IMG/VR virus record: IMGVR_UViG_3300044507_000063
Coordinates: 1-38,040 of that record
Strand: one strand, 5' to 3'
Length of the DNA stretch: 38,040 nt
DNA from: a virus
Lineage: Duplodnaviria > Caudoviricetes
Positions 36,361 to 38,040 of this stretch are shown one piece after another. The translations under genes and the position numbers were made by a program. The stretch's first letter is position 1. Each line of letters opens with the position of its first letter. The notes beneath the pieces were generated by a model. It did not search any database and was not told the DNA's origin. It worked only from the letters and a program-made list of their open reading frames with translations.

Positions 36361-38040
36361 TTATGCAATAAGTTGACCACAGAAATATGTTTGTGCCGAT
36401 GCTGCACCAACAATATCATCTGTATCGCCACCTTCACCTGTTACAGCAATCGTTACGTGTGCTGTATCTGTTGCTGTCATACTTACCAAAGCACTAATTT
36501 GTACAGACTCATCTTGAGAACCTGCTGCTTTAGTGAATGTGTTAATATAAGTTCTACCAGTAGCAACGATTGATATAACAAAAGTTGTAGCAATTGTCGT
36601 CCCTGTTACCGTTACTTGTGATCGCAGATCATATATACCTGTTACTGGGGCAGTAAATACGCCTGATGTTGTTGCATTTGAACCTTTATCAAAATCAGAT
36701 GTTAAAGTGGCACCTGTTCCTAAAGTATAAGCTGTCCCCGTTCCAGTGACATTTGTCTGAGTACTATTCAATCTAAGGAAGAAACAAGGATTGGTAGATT
36801 TAAGAACGTTACCAACCATTGTGACATTGCCAGTACCAGAGTTAATCGTGGTAGAAGCAGCACCATTTGTGGAACCGAGAATTAACACGTGTGCAGCAGC
36901 TCCATTGGCTATTGATACAGCACCTGCGCGCGTAGCACCTGTAGAAAGAATATTAACAGTTTGAGTACCTGCTGAGGCTGCTCCGTTCATAATATTTAGG
37001 GTTGTACTTGCTCCAGGTGTTGTACCATTTAAGATATTTACAGTTTGAGCAGAGGACGAAGATGTCCCTGACGCAATGTTAAGAACCTGAGCACCAGCAG
37101 CTACACCATTCATAATATCTACAGCTGGCATAGCAGCTGTAGAATCTGCAATACTAATCTTACCAGTCTGTGCCGCTGCTCCAATAGTGATTATCTGAGC
37201 TGCGTTACCACCTAGACCAATGCCAATAGTTGCTGCTGAACCACCAATAATTGTTACGTTACCACCCGCATTTGATCCGATAGAGACTGTATGTGCTGCA
37301 CCTGTTCCAGTGGCTATTTTAACAGCGGCAGCTTGTGATGCACCGTTATTCGATATGATATTAACGGCATTTGTACCGCCTGTGAAAGCACCAGCAAACA
37401 GATTAAATGTATTTGTTCCTGATGAAATCGCACCACCGAATATATTTGCTGTGTCGGTTGCGCCGGCAATAATACCATTAAACAAGTTAAAGTTTTGTGA
37501 TCCTGTAGTATTTGCACCACCGAGAATATCAATTTGCTGTGTACCTGCACTTGCAATCCCTGCCATAATTGTTAATTGCTGGCTTGCAGCAGGTGTTGCA
37601 CCATCAAGAATATGCACTGTGCTGGTTTGTGTTGCTGTTGCGCCTCCAGCAATTGAAATGACTTGGGCAGTTGTATTCGTACCATTTCCAATAGATATTT
37701 GGTTACCTGATACACCATCGCCAATCGAGATAGTTTTAACGCCTGCGCCTGTTCCACCAAGTTTGATAGTAATAGGTTGAGAACCTGTACCCACGTTTAC
37801 CGCTGATGTACCTGTTGCAACGTTTCCTGTCATTAGGTTTAATGTTTGCGCTACTGCTGCACTGGTAACGCCGTTCATGATATTAAGCGTTTGTGCAGCC
37901 CCTGGGGTTGCACCACTCAAAATGTTAACGGTTGATGTGCCTGTATTCGATGCTGCATTGCTAATATTAATGCTTTCAGCGGCTGTTGAAATGCCCACAG
38001 ATATATCACCTGTTTGTAATGCTCCTCCAATTTGGATTGT
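36361..38040 (-). CDS. C-terminal part of the 929-aa tail fibre; C1q-like tip
   Basis: About 13-aa repeats of type T.NI..G; FTAPVTGIY motif; continues from 1237 across the origin. Confidence 0.85.
   Translation of the reverse strand, partial: TIQIGGALQTGDISVGISTAAESINISNAASNTGTSTVNILSGATPGAAQTLNIMNGVTSAAVAQTLNLMTGNVATGTSAVNVGTGSQPITIKLGGTGAGVKTISIGDGVSGNQISIGNGTNTTAQVISIAGGATATQTSTVHILDGATPAASQQLTIMAGIASAGTQQIDILGGANTTGSQNFNLFNGIIAGATDTANIFGGAISSGTNTFNLFAGAFTGGTNAVNIISNNGASQAAAVKIATGTGAAHTVSIGSNAGGNVTIIGGSAATIGIGLGGNAAQIITIGAAAQTGKISIADSTAAMPAVDIMNGVAAGAQVLNIASGTSSSSAQTVNILNGTTPGASTTLNIMNGAASAGTQTVNILSTGATRAGAVSIANGAAAHVLILGSTNGAASTTINSGTGNVTMVGNVLKSTNPCFFLRLNSTQTNVTGTGTAYTLGTGATLTSDFDKGSNATTSGVFTAPVTGIYDLRSQVTVTGTTIATTFVISIVATGRTYINTFTKAAGSQDESVQISALVSMTATDTAHVTIAVTGEGGDTDDIVGAASAQTYFCGQLIA
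37914..38040. repeat. 127-bp terminal overlap
   Basis: Identical to 1-127. Confidence 0.97.

Noticed and set aside
37914-38040. Biological direct terminal repeat
   Set aside because: The length of 127 matches a common assembler k-mer and the repeat falls mid-gene, so it is best read as a circular-assembly overlap

Overview
This is a complete, circularly assembled tailed dsDNA phage genome of about 37.9 kb. Bases 1-127 are identical to 37914-38040, so the unit length is 37,913 bp. The gene layout suggests a short-tailed (podovirus-type) virion: TerS/TerL, portal, scaffold, major capsid, adaptor, nozzle, three putative ejection proteins and Gly/Thr-rich fibres ending in C1q-like domains. It also carries a lambda-O-like initiator with internal iterons, a Cro-like regulator, an ERF plus YqaJ recombination pair and a tRNA-Asn. 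I recognised no integrase, DNA polymerase or endolysin. The main result is that the major capsid gene (minus strand, 18473-15312) is split into four exons by three group I introns, all inserted after a GGT codon, and each intron carries a different cargo. Intron 1 holds a small membrane-protein gene with its own promoter and RBS, paralogous to a tandem family at 2339-3229. Intron 2 holds an antisense, apparently leaderless double-motif LAGLIDADG endonuclease. Intron 3 holds a complete type I hammerhead ribozyme on the opposite strand. Other signals include a PD-(D/E)XK nuclease whose stop codon lies inside the tRNA, three exact copies of a 15-bp palindrome, and candidate structured RNAs. All calls are by eye, without database searches.
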